DNA from: an uncultured Candidatus Micrarchaeota archaeon
GTDB lineage: Archaea; Micrarchaeota; Micrarchaeia; Anstonellales; Anstonellaceae
Assembly (NCBI GenBank): GCA_903892905.1
Contig: CAITKI010000066.1
Coordinates: 1 to 59,057, forward strand
DNA length: 59,057 bases
Direction: 5' to 3'
This document shows positions 31,949 to 40,337 of the stretch, piece by piece. Position 1 is the stretch's first letter. Each line of letters starts with the position of its first letter. The notes beneath the pieces were generated by a model. The model was not told the origin of the DNA and did no database searches. It was given only the letters and a program-made list of their open reading frames with translations. The translations under genes were made by a program, and so were the position numbers.

Positions 31949-33829
31949 GTGATTGCCATGATGTGCGGGCTTGAAATACACCAGCGATTGTCCGGCAGGA
32001 AGCTGTTCTGCTCCTGCGTGCCGCCGGAAGCGGGCGAAGCGGCAGCCGCAGGGGGCGTTGATGGCGAGGCAGAATCCGAAAAATTCACGCGCCGCCTCCA
32101 CACTGTCCGCTCCGAGCTTGGCGAAGTGGACGCGGCATCCGCGGCAGAGGCAAGCCGCAGCAGGACATTCTCCTACAGCGCGCCCCTCCCTTCCACCTGC
32201 CTGGTGGAATCCGACGAGGAGCCGCCGCATACCCTCTCGCCCCAAGCGCTGCACGCCACGCTCACCATCTGCTCCCTCCTCTCTTCAACGCCTGTGGACG
32301 AGCTTTACGTGATGCGCAAGAACGTGATTGACGGCAGCAACACCTCGGGCTTCCAGCGCACTGCTATCGCAGGCATTGGCGGCTCAATTGCCACGCCGTC
32401 AGGCAAGCTTCCGATACAAACGGTTTGCATAGAGGAGGAAAGCGCAGGCATAGTTGACGGCAAGGAAGGCTCTGCGCATTACGACCTCTCGCGCCTTGGC
32501 ATCCCGCTTGTTGAAATCGCAACCTCGCCCGACTTGCGCTCAGGCAAGGAGGCACAGGAAGCCGCGCTTGCAATCGGCACCATGCTTCGCAAGACAGGCA
32601 TGGTGAGCCGCGGCATAGGTACCATCCGCCAGGACCTCAACATTTCCATCCCCCAAGGCGCGCGCGTGGAAATAAAGGGCGTGCAGGACCTCTCGCTAAT
32701 CGCGCTCACAGTGGACCTGGAGGTGGCTCGCCAGGAAAAGTTCCTCGCAGTGCTAAACGAGGCAAAATCCCGCCTCGGCGGCAGCCTCCCCCCGGAAAGC
32801 ATATTTGACGTGACCGACACATTCTCAGCCACGCAGTGCCAGATGGTGGCAAAGGCGCTTCGCGGGAAAGCGCGCGTGCTCGCGCTTCCCCTCCCGAAAT
32901 ACGCAGGCCTGCTTGGGGCCGAAATCTCCCCCAATCGCCGCTTTGGCAGCGAGCTTGCGGACTATGCGCGCGCGTTTGGCGTGAAGGGTCTGGTGCACTC
33001 GGACGAGAGCATGGAAAAATACGGCTTTTCGGACGACGAAATCTCCGAGCTTCGCATGGCGCTCTCGCTCGGCAAGGATGAGGCCTTCCTGCTGGTGGTC
33101 GCAGAGGAAAACAAGGCGCGCGCAGCGCTTTCAGCCGCGTTTGCCCGCGCGACAAACTTCACAATAATCGAAGAGACGCGCCGCGCCAACCCTGATGGCA
33201 CCTCGAGCTACATGCGCCCATTGCCTGGCCGCGCGCGCATGTACCCTGAGACCGACGTGGAGCCAATCGCAATCACGCCCGAAATGCTCTCCGCCGCAAA
33301 GAAATCCGCAAGCGCCATCCAGGCGGCGGAAGAGGAGGCAAAGGATGCGCTTTCCTCGCTTCCCGCAGAGCTTGCAGCGCAGTTGGCCGCCGCAAAGGGG
33401 CTCCTTTCACACTCGCCCTCGCACAAGAGCCGCGCGCCAACCCCCGAGCTTTCAGTTTACCTGTCCGCGCTCGAGGCGGGGATCGACAGCAAGCTTATTG
33501 CCTCCACAATCACAAACTCGCTCGGGTCCCTCAAGCGCGAAGGCGCAAATACGCGCGCGCTCGACGAGGAACGGCTCCTCTCTGCGCTTGCAGCCTGCCA
33601 GGAAGGCGTTTTCGCGCGCGCGGCGATGCAGGATGTGCTGCGCGAAATGTGCAAGGAAAGCGCACTCGCGCCTGCAGATGCAGCGCGCAAGCTTTCGCTT
33701 GAAAAAATATCCGGCTCTTCCCTTGCCAAGCTCATCAATGAAGAGAAGCTCGATTTGGCGGGATTGATGGCAAAATACCGCCTGCGCGTGGATGCAGCAG
33801 AAGCGAGCGAACTTCTCAAGAAAAAATAG
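31949..33829 (+). CDS. gatE: Glu-tRNA(Gln) amidotransferase subunit E
   Basis: N-terminal CGLEIHQRL signature; GatB/E core; C-terminal helical tail. A GTG at 31949 directly follows the pilin stop; ATGs at 31958 and 31961 are alternatives. Confidence 0.9.
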   Translation: MIAMMCGLEIHQRLSGRKLFCSCVPPEAGEAAAAGGVDGEAESEKFTRRLHTVRSELGEVDAASAAEASRSRTFSYSAPLPSTCLVESDEEPPHTLSPQALHATLTICSLLSSTPVDELYVMRKNVIDGSNTSGFQRTAIAGIGGSIATPSGKLPIQTVCIEEESAGIVDGKEGSAHYDLSRLGIPLVEIATSPDLRSGKEAQEAALAIGTMLRKTGMVSRGIGTIRQDLNISIPQGARVEIKGVQDLSLIALTVDLEVARQEKFLAVLNEAKSRLGGSLPPESIFDVTDTFSATQCQMVAKALRGKARVLALPLPKYAGLLGAEISPNRRFGSELADYARAFGVKGLVHSDESMEKYGFSDDEISELRMALSLGKDEAFLLVVAEENKARAALSAAFARATNFTIIEETRRANPDGTSSYMRPLPGRARMYPETDVEPIAITPEMLSAAKKSASAIQAAEEEAKDALSSLPAELAAQLAAAKGLLSHSPSHKSRAPTPELSVYLSALEAGIDSKLIASTITNSLGSLKREGANTRALDEERLLSALAACQEGVFARAAMQDVLREMCKESALAPADAARKLSLEKISGSSLAKLINEEKLDLAGLMAKYRLRVDAAEASELLKKK

Positions 33830-34678
33830 TTAGAATGGTGGTCCGCACTTCACTATCCACTCCTTTCCAATCTGCCTTTTTGTTATCTGCTGTCCCTCCA
33901 CATACTGGATATACTCAAAGCCAAGCGTTTTGTAATCAAGCGTTCCTGGCGACGTGGTGGAGTTCTGGCATACTGAAGCGGCGCCTCGGACATTATTGTT
34001 TGAACTAGTGCCGCCAACATACGAGGCTATGTACCTATTGCAAGCCAACCCATACCAGCTGCCACCAACACCAATATATTTCTCTTCACCCGGCGCAAGA
34101 TAGTAGTAGTCACTGAAATTCGCATATGGGTTGGGCAGCCCGCAAGAGCCATCTGCTTCAACATAAGGCGCCTTTCCGCCATCGTTTCCAATCATGCCAG
34201 TTATCCTTATCGGGTACATTCCTGCATTCCTTACTAACAGGTAAGGAAACGTATTGCCACTATTCGTTGATGCCCTCGCTGCGCTTTCCACAATCGAAAT
34301 CGGGCTTGCGCTTTTCCAATACATTTGTGATTGCGTTATCTGCGCGTCGCTTGCCATTCCTGGGAAGAAGCCGAGTAGAGCCACGCTTACAAGAGCTACA
34401 ATTAGCACGACTGCTAAGAGAACCAAGTACTCAGTGGCGCCTTGGCCAACCAAGGCGCCTGCAGTTGCACCCGAGTGCAACTCAATCGCACCCTGCCCGA
34501 GCTGGGGACCGATTTGTCGGCGCACCGAGCTACTTGGCGGCGCTCCGCCAAGTGCTCCACTTGCGCCGCGGCGCAAGTCGGACAAATGGTCCACCCGAGC
34601 CGCGGCTCGAGTCGGACGATAAGTTGTGCCGCGGCACAACTGTGTGGCACCTTGACCTGCACGCGCGCGTAGTTGCAT
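33830..34678 (-). CDS. class III signal peptide pilin-like protein, paralog 3, with 70-codon insertion in the leader
   Basis: MQLRARAGQGAT-[70 aa]-EYLVLLAVVLIVALVSVALLGFFPG. Promoter and first codons match paralog 1. The stop codon abuts the gatE stop with no spacer. Confidence 0.75.
   Translation of the reverse strand: MQLRARAGQGATQLCRGTTYRPTRAAARVDHLSDLRRGASGALGGAPPSSSVRRQIGPQLGQGAIELHSGATAGALVGQGATEYLVLLAVVLIVALVSVALLGFFPGMASDAQITQSQMYWKSASPISIVESAARASTNSGNTFPYLLVRNAGMYPIRITGMIGNDGGKAPYVEADGSCGLPNPYANFSDYYYLAPGEEKYIGVGGSWYGLACNRYIASYVGGTSSNNNVRGAASVCQNSTTSPGTLDYKTLGFEYIQYVEGQQITKRQIGKEWIVKCGPPF
34436..34641 (-). repeat. array of six perfect hairpins/palindromes plus an enclosing long-range stem
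   Basis: Hand-verified: 34436-34459 (10 bp), 34463-34482 (8 bp), 34532-34553 (9 bp), 34559-34578 (20-nt palindrome), 34596-34609 (14-nt palindrome), 34622-34641 (20-nt palindrome). A 12-bp stem pairs 34506-34518 with 34581-34592. Three palindromes share a gCCGCGGc core. Confidence 0.85.
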
Positions 34679-34687
34679 GCCTATTGC

Positions 34688-34708
34688 GGGGGGGGGAGAA
34701 ACTTTTAA
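34688..34708 (-). promoter_or_regulatory. pilin promoter copy 2: TATA (ttaaaag on minus strand, 34702-34708) and 9-nt homopolymer (G9 on plus strand, 34688-34696)
   Basis: Minus strand reads ttaaaagtttct-C9-gcaataggcATG. The TATA is 24 nt from the ATG at 34678. Confidence 0.6.
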
Positions 34709-34783
34709 TCATATCTCGCGCTTTTTGGGAAAAGCGCGCGTTTCAAGGCAAGGGTTATATTCTTCATAGCCGCAATCACATCC

Positions 34784-35077
34784 ATGAACAAACCGTCGGC
34801 AATCGAAAAGAAGCTCTCCCTCCACAAGCGCCAGCTTTGTTCGCAATTCAACGTGAGCCAGATAGGGGTTTTCGGCTCATACGCACGCGGCGAGCAGCGG
34901 AAAGGGAGCGACATCGACATTTTGGTCGAGTTTTCCAATGCGCCCGGCCTTCTCGGGTTCATCAGGCTTGAAAACAGGCTGGAAGAAATACTTGGAGGGA
35001 AAGTCGACCTTGTGAGGAAAAAGGCAATCCGCCCCGAATTTAGGCAGGCAATACTTTCCGAGGTAGTATACGTATGA
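34784..35077 (+). CDS. mntA: minimal nucleotidyltransferase (MNT) antitoxin
   Basis: GVFGSYARGEQRKGSDIDILVEF motif; 97 aa; ATGA overlap with the next gene. Confidence 0.85.
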   Translation: MNKPSAIEKKLSLHKRQLCSQFNVSQIGVFGSYARGEQRKGSDIDILVEFSNAPGLLGFIRLENRLEEILGGKVDLVRKKAIRPEFRQAILSEVVYV

Positions 35078-35448
35078 AAAGGAGCCACGCAATATTCCTT
35101 CAGGACATTTTCGAGGCAATTGGCAAAATAGACGAGTTTGTGGGCAAACGAAGCTTCGAGGAATTTTGCAGTGACGAGGTGCTTCTCAACGCAGTCGTCC
35201 ACAAAATAGAGATAATCGGTGAGGCGGCAAAGGGGGTTCCCTCGGAAGTGAGGGCACGCCACCCGAAAATCCCATGGGCAGAGATGTCAAAGACGCGCGA
35301 TAAGTTAATACACAGCTACTTTGGCGTGGACAACGAAATAATCTGGAAGATTGTGAAAGAGGAGCTCCCTCCCTTGAAAAGCATAATTGCCGAGGCGGCA
35401 AAGGCGGAAGCGGCTCGCGAGCAGAAGGAAAAAAACAAAACAGCATAA
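35074..35448 (+). CDS. hepT: HEPN (DUF86) toxin
   Basis: Rx4H motif in TRDKLIHSYFGVD; 124 aa. Confidence 0.85.
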   Translation: MKRSHAIFLQDIFEAIGKIDEFVGKRSFEEFCSDEVLLNAVVHKIEIIGEAAKGVPSEVRARHPKIPWAEMSKTRDKLIHSYFGVDNEIIWKIVKEELPPLKSIIAEAAKAEAAREQKEKNKTA

Positions 35449-35520
35449 TTCAGCGCAAGCATTTTCAATTTCGCCAACTCCTCCCCAACTCTTTTAAATC
35501 CGTTTCACCCCAATTTACTT

Positions 35521-36468
35521 ATGGTCGCGCAAGCAACTGAGGGCGCACAACAGACGCCCGAATTCAAGCCGGCTCCATCCGAGATTTCCGCTCCCGACGG
35601 CAAGCCATACCACCTCATGGTAAGCCAGAACTGCTCCTACATCTACTCGTCCAACGTGGAGCTGCGGAACTTCCCCGACAAGGAATCGCACATCTTCATG
35701 CACAGGCTCGAGGAATGCCGCGGCAAGAACGTGCAGCTCCTGCACCGCTGCTATCCAAAACAGGATTCCTCGCTTCTGCAGCTTTTCATAATGGGCAAGA
35801 CGGTGGGCACGATTGCCAACAGGACAGAGGCAATCATCCCCTACCTTCCCTATGCGCGCCAGGACAAGATATGGAAGCATGGCGAGGCGCTCTCTGCAGA
35901 AATAGTGCTGCAGATGCTCTCGGCAGCAGGCTTCACCTCGGTTGCGACGTTCGACTGCCACTTCCTCAAGAAAGCAGGCGTGTTTTCCTATAAAGGGCTG
36001 CAGCTTCGCAACTTCTCGCTTTCCGAGGAGCTGGTCTCATACTTCAAGGCAAGGAAGCCCGACGCGCTTTTCATAAGCCCTGACCAGGGTGCAGCCTACA
36101 TGGTGGACGAGGCCGACGGCAAGAGCATGGTGAAGAAGCGCGGGGACTACAAGAACCACAAGAAGCAGGCAGTGCGCCACGTGGAGTCCCTCGAGGCCGA
36201 TTTCGAGGTGAAAGGCAGGGACGTGGTGATACTGGACGACATGATTGCAGGCGGCGGCACCATGATCCGCGCCACCAAGGCGGTGCTTGCGCAGGGGGCG
36301 AAAAGCGTGTGCTGCGGCTGCACGCACGGGCTTTTCCTGGGCGACGCCTACACCAAGCTCCAGCTTGCAGGCGCGGAGGAGATAGTCGCCTCCAATACCA
36401 TCGCGTCAGAGGCCTCCAAGATTGACATTCTCAATGTTCTTCGGGAAAAGATAGTGGGCAGGTTTTAG
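35521..36468 (+). CDS. prs: ribose-phosphate pyrophosphokinase
   Basis: PRPP-binding loop VVILDDMIAGGGTMIRA and YLPYARQD motif. TATA ttttaaat lies about 20 nt upstream. Confidence 0.85.
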   Translation: MVAQATEGAQQTPEFKPAPSEISAPDGKPYHLMVSQNCSYIYSSNVELRNFPDKESHIFMHRLEECRGKNVQLLHRCYPKQDSSLLQLFIMGKTVGTIANRTEAIIPYLPYARQDKIWKHGEALSAEIVLQMLSAAGFTSVATFDCHFLKKAGVFSYKGLQLRNFSLSEELVSYFKARKPDALFISPDQGAAYMVDEADGKSMVKKRGDYKNHKKQAVRHVESLEADFEVKGRDVVILDDMIAGGGTMIRATKAVLAQGAKSVCCGCTHGLFLGDAYTKLQLAGAEEIVASNTIASEASKIDILNVLREKIVGRF

Positions 36469-36488
36469 AAAAACGCATCCTCTCGCTT

Positions 36489-38009
36489 ATGTGCGGCATG
36501 CTCTGCGCGCAGAAAGTGCTTTCAGGGCAAATGGCGGCACGCGACTTCCTTTTCAGGCCGCCTGAGCCTTCGCCAGACATGCTGCTATCATCCCCATCAG
36601 AATCAATTTACGTCGGAAAGACAAAATACCTGGGCGTCCCCTTCTTCTGGAACAGCAAAAAACTCCTGAATCCTCACCTGTGCGTGGTGGGCACCACGGG
36701 CTCAGGCAAATCCTATTTCGTGAAGACGTTCATCACGCGCGCCAGCCTCACGCTTGGCTCCTCTGCGCTCATACTGGACTGGGCAGGCGAGTATGCCGAC
36801 TGGGTAAGGGGCGCCGGAGGGCAGGTGGTGGCATTTGGCGAGGAGGGCATCAACTTGTTGGACCTTGCAGGAAGCTCGCCGCACGCGCGCATGACGCAGG
36901 TGATGGACGCGCTTCGCATACTCACGGACATCTCGCACTCAAACGCGCAATGCCGCCTCACCGAAGACGCGATAGAGAAAGCGTATGTTTCTGCCGGCTT
37001 CAAGATGAAAGCGGCAGCTGGTGATGGCAGGCGCAGGATGCCCACGCTGGAAAGCGTGCAGCGCATATTGGAGCGCCAGGCAAAGCGAAGCGCGGACGCG
37101 GCCGAGGCTGCAAGGCGCATCAAGAACCTCCTTCTCTCCTCGGGCGGCTCGTTCACTGCGTCCACCCTGCCGCTTTCCTCCCTTCTTTCAGGATTGGTAT
37201 GCGTGGACCTGCACTCGCTGCCGACAGAGACGCTGCGCTCGCTTGCTGGCCTTTCCATCCTCCAGTTCGTAAAAGAAAGCATGCGCGCCAGCCAGCGCGC
37301 GCAAAGCCCGCAGCCGCATCTGTTCGTGGTGGTGGACGAGGCATGGAAAATCGCATCAGACGAGCGCTCGGATGTGGTCTCCATTGTGCGCGAGGGCAGG
37401 AAATACGGCTTTGGCCTCATCGTGGCAAGCCAGAACCCGACCGACGTTCACAAGAGCATATTCTCCAACGCAGGCACCATGATGCTCTTCCGCCTCACGC
37501 ATGCGCCTGAGCGCAGCTATGTGCGCTCCTCGCTTTCGTACTCTGACTTCTACGAGGAGGAATCGCATTCGCTTTCTGTTGGCCAGGCGCTTGTGCACCT
37601 GGAATTTTCGAAGCCTTCGGCGTGCCCGCGCAACTTCATACTGCGCAAGGTGGACGGCGAGGAACTATTGGTGACGCTTCATTTGGGGGGTGGTGGCATG
37701 GACCTGGAATTCGAGCGCAATGAGCTTTCCTCGCGCCTGCTCTCGTTCGGGCTGACAGACGCGCAAACGCGCAGCATGCTTGCCGAATTCGAGCGGCGCA
37801 GCTTTTCGCTTTCGGCATCTGAATTTTCGGCGCTGCTCGAGAAATTCGGGCACAGCCGCGCATCCGCAATCTCGCTTTTGCGCGAGCTTGGCGCGTCCGA
37901 GCGCGACCTCCTGTCGGCGCTTGCGCCTGACTCGCGCCACCAAGGCGAGGCAATCGCGATTCTGAAAGGCGATGCTGCCACGAAAGGAAAGAAGGGGAAG
38001 AGGCGATGA
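36489..38009 (+). CDS. HerA/FtsK-superfamily (DUF87-like) P-loop ATPase
   Basis: Walker A VVGTTGSGKSYF, Walker B LFVVVDEAWK, arginine-finger region REGRKYGFGLIVASQNP. C-terminal about 110 aa form a helical repeat region. Confidence 0.75.
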   Translation: MCGMLCAQKVLSGQMAARDFLFRPPEPSPDMLLSSPSESIYVGKTKYLGVPFFWNSKKLLNPHLCVVGTTGSGKSYFVKTFITRASLTLGSSALILDWAGEYADWVRGAGGQVVAFGEEGINLLDLAGSSPHARMTQVMDALRILTDISHSNAQCRLTEDAIEKAYVSAGFKMKAAAGDGRRRMPTLESVQRILERQAKRSADAAEAARRIKNLLLSSGGSFTASTLPLSSLLSGLVCVDLHSLPTETLRSLAGLSILQFVKESMRASQRAQSPQPHLFVVVDEAWKIASDERSDVVSIVREGRKYGFGLIVASQNPTDVHKSIFSNAGTMMLFRLTHAPERSYVRSSLSYSDFYEEESHSLSVGQALVHLEFSKPSACPRNFILRKVDGEELLVTLHLGGGGMDLEFERNELSSRLLSFGLTDAQTRSMLAEFERRSFSLSASEFSALLEKFGHSRASAISLLRELGASERDLLSALAPDSRHQGEAIAILKGDAATKGKKGKRR

Positions 38010-38010
38010 A

Positions 38011-38841
38011 ATGGATGGCAAAAAGCAGTTCACATTCGAGCGCACCATCCCAATCTCTTTCACAGGAAAATTCCCGCCTGACACGCGCGCGCTCTCTGGG
38101 CTGGGGTTTGATCTCGTCTCCGCAACCCGGCAGGCAATCACCATCCGCAAAAGCCAGCCAGGCGCGCATTCCTTGCCCCTTGCGCACCTCGAAATAACCA
38201 TAAAAAAGGAATCCGCCGCGCTCAAGGCATCTGCGCCTGCAGGCTGCGACCCGCATCTTCAGGAGCTTCGCGCAGCCGCCACATTCCTTCGCGTGCTCTC
38301 ATTGTTCCCAACCTGCCAAGCGAGCGCCGCCGAGCTTGCCTCTCTTCTCCTCCCCTCGCTTGACACAGCAGCCTCCATCGCAGATTCTCCCTACGAGGCG
38401 CTTTCCAAGAAATGCCGCGACGCCCACGAGCAGCTTTCAATGCTTATTGCCAAGAACCGCGCGCTCCTGCGCTCCTCCGAGGAGGGTGTGCTTGCCAGCC
38501 TCGAGCTTGAGCGCCAGTCATCCGCGCTTTCCGCACGCATAAAAAAGCTGGAAAGCGTCTCGGATGACTCCTTGCTTGAGCTTGTGCAGGACTGGCTCGC
38601 AGCCCACCATGGCAAATTCAATGCCGCGCTTTTTGCAAAGACGCACAGCATCCCGCCCGCGCGCGCAGAGGAGGGGCTTGAGCGGCTCCTTGCAACAGGG
38701 GCCATCAGGAAGGTGGGCGGCTCGCTCCACACGCAAGTCGCGCACTCGCACGGCACGTTCGAGAACAGGCCTGCAGGCGCGCTGGAATCGCTGAAAGGGC
38801 TGGTGCATTTCCGAAAGCCGCCGCCAACACATCATTTATAA
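38011..38841 (+). CDS. hypothetical protein (coiled coil plus possible C-terminal winged helix)
   Basis: The ATG at 38011 is 1 nt after the ATPase stop. Heptad-like segment LSMLIAKNRALLRSSEEGVLASLELERQSSALSARIKKLE. Confidence 0.5.
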   Translation: MDGKKQFTFERTIPISFTGKFPPDTRALSGLGFDLVSATRQAITIRKSQPGAHSLPLAHLEITIKKESAALKASAPAGCDPHLQELRAAATFLRVLSLFPTCQASAAELASLLLPSLDTAASIADSPYEALSKKCRDAHEQLSMLIAKNRALLRSSEEGVLASLELERQSSALSARIKKLESVSDDSLLELVQDWLAAHHGKFNAALFAKTHSIPPARAEEGLERLLATGAIRKVGGSLHTQVAHSHGTFENRPAGALESLKGLVHFRKPPPTHHL

Positions 38842-38863
38842 ACATTTCTTATAACATCACTCC

Positions 38864-39382
38864 ATGGCAGCTGATTACAGGCTAGTGCAGAGGCCGGAGT
38901 CCACTCCGAAAAAGGCAATCGAGATAGTGATAGCGCGCAGCGTGGAGATGGAGGGCAGCGGCAGCCGCAAATTCTCATACCAGGCATACCTGGCCGACGT
39001 GGGCGACCGCCTGGAAAAGCTGGGCGCGCGCCCTGAGAAGGAAATAAGGATACGCCTGCCCGAGGACGCCAAGCCCGAGTTCGCCAGGCGGTTCCTCTAC
39101 GCGCCGCAGCACTTCTTCATGCTCAAGTTCCGCCTTGAAGGGAACCGGGCCTCGGCAATCAACGCGCATGAGGACTACAACCGCGCCACGCCTGAATGGA
39201 TAAGGCAGCCGCTCTTCATGGCGGCTTACCGCGACCTGGAAAGCGAGGGCGCAACCACGCTCAACCTTGGCAGGCTGCGCCAAGGGCGGCGCACCGGCAT
39301 ACCATTCTCGAAAATAGAGCCGCTCATAGATGCGCGCATCAGGGCATCCGGCTTTGAGATGGTGCCGGTCTACGGGCAGTAG
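38864..39382 (+). CDS. hypothetical protein
   Basis: 172-aa ORF co-directional with the ATPase. No motif recognised. Confidence 0.45.
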   Translation: MAADYRLVQRPESTPKKAIEIVIARSVEMEGSGSRKFSYQAYLADVGDRLEKLGARPEKEIRIRLPEDAKPEFARRFLYAPQHFFMLKFRLEGNRASAINAHEDYNRATPEWIRQPLFMAAYRDLESEGATTLNLGRLRQGRRTGIPFSKIEPLIDARIRASGFEMVPVYGQ

Positions 39383-39437
39383 GCGAACTAGAGGGTTTTC
39401 TCCATCTTATTCGAGCAAGCTCGAATTCTGGAAAAGA

Positions 39438-39911
39438 CTAAAGCGTCTTTTCCAACAATGACAGCGCCTTCTTTATTTTCTCAAAAGAAGAGTCCATCCT
39501 CTGCTTGTATACGTATGAAAGTGCGGAAGCGAGGTTGCTGTCCTCCTGCATGGGCGCGAGCACGAAGCGGTACTTGCGCGATTTCGCCTCGATGATGCCC
39601 AGCTTCTTCAGCTGCAGCAGATGGTAGCGCACTGCTTTCGGGTTCGGCTCCTCCTTCTTTATTTCCTTCACTTTCTCCAGTATCTGATAGATGTCAGGGT
39701 CTGCCCCGCCATGCCTTTTATTGAAGTGGAAGTAAAGCAGCGCCTCAAGCACTTCCAGCAAGCCAGCGCGCGTCTCATTGGGCGATATCAGGCCAAGCGA
39801 CAAGGCGAGCCAGCGCACCAATGACTTGCGCGTCATCTTCACCTCTTCGTTGAACTGCAGGTCGCGCACCAGGCACTCCCCGCGGATGAGCTCGCTCTCA
39901 GGCATTCCCAT
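39438..39911 (-). CDS. winged-helix transcriptional regulator
   Basis: AVRYHLLQLKKLGIIEAKSRKYRF wing-type segment. Confidence 0.55.
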   Translation of the reverse strand: MGMPESELIRGECLVRDLQFNEEVKMTRKSLVRWLALSLGLISPNETRAGLLEVLEALLYFHFNKRHGGADPDIYQILEKVKEIKKEEPNPKAVRYHLLQLKKLGIIEAKSRKYRFVLAPMQEDSNLASALSYVYKQRMDSSFEKIKKALSLLEKTL

Positions 39912-39962
39912 GTGCCTCCTTGCCGCGCCAAAGGTTAAAAATCTCCCCAGCGATTACCTTGC

Positions 39963-40322
39963 ATGCTCAACCCGAACACCCATTTTTCGCCAATCCGCAT
40001 GCCTGCGTACATGCGCAGCGAGGTGGAGATGGAAGTCTCGGTGAAAAACGACGCCTCAACGCCTCTGTGGGTGGAGGCAGATCTCGTAATACCTGAGGCA
40101 ATCTCCCTCGCGCCTGATAAGCTCCTCTCGCACGGCCGCCTAAGGATAGGCATCGCGCTCCCTGGCGAGCGCATCTCCAAAAAAGTGCGCATTTTCGGCG
40201 GCGCATCATCCTACCCTGACACCTACTCCCTTCGCCTCACCTTCTTCGGCTTCGGAAAAGACGGCACCATCGCGGAGCGGTGCGAATTGCGCGCTGACCT
40301 GCGGTGCGAGAAAGGAATCTAG
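39963..40322 (+). CDS. hypothetical beta-rich protein
   Basis: 119-aa ORF. TATA ggttaaaaat lies about 22 nt upstream of the ATG. Confidence 0.45.
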   Translation: MLNPNTHFSPIRMPAYMRSEVEMEVSVKNDASTPLWVEADLVIPEAISLAPDKLLSHGRLRIGIALPGERISKKVRIFGGASSYPDTYSLRLTFFGFGKDGTIAERCELRADLRCEKGI

Positions 40323-40337
40323 TTTTGCGCGCGCCAG

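Noticed and set aside
31100-34678. The inverted pilin paralogs flanking gatE could act as a homologous-recombination shufflon or invertible segment, or as a DGR target/template pair.
   Set aside because: The conserved protein segments differ at many synonymous sites, with the longest identical run about 20 nt. Recent gene conversion or HR-driven inversion is therefore unlikely. No recombinase/invertase or reverse transcriptase is present, and there is no adenine-specific mismatch pattern. Long reads could still test inversion.
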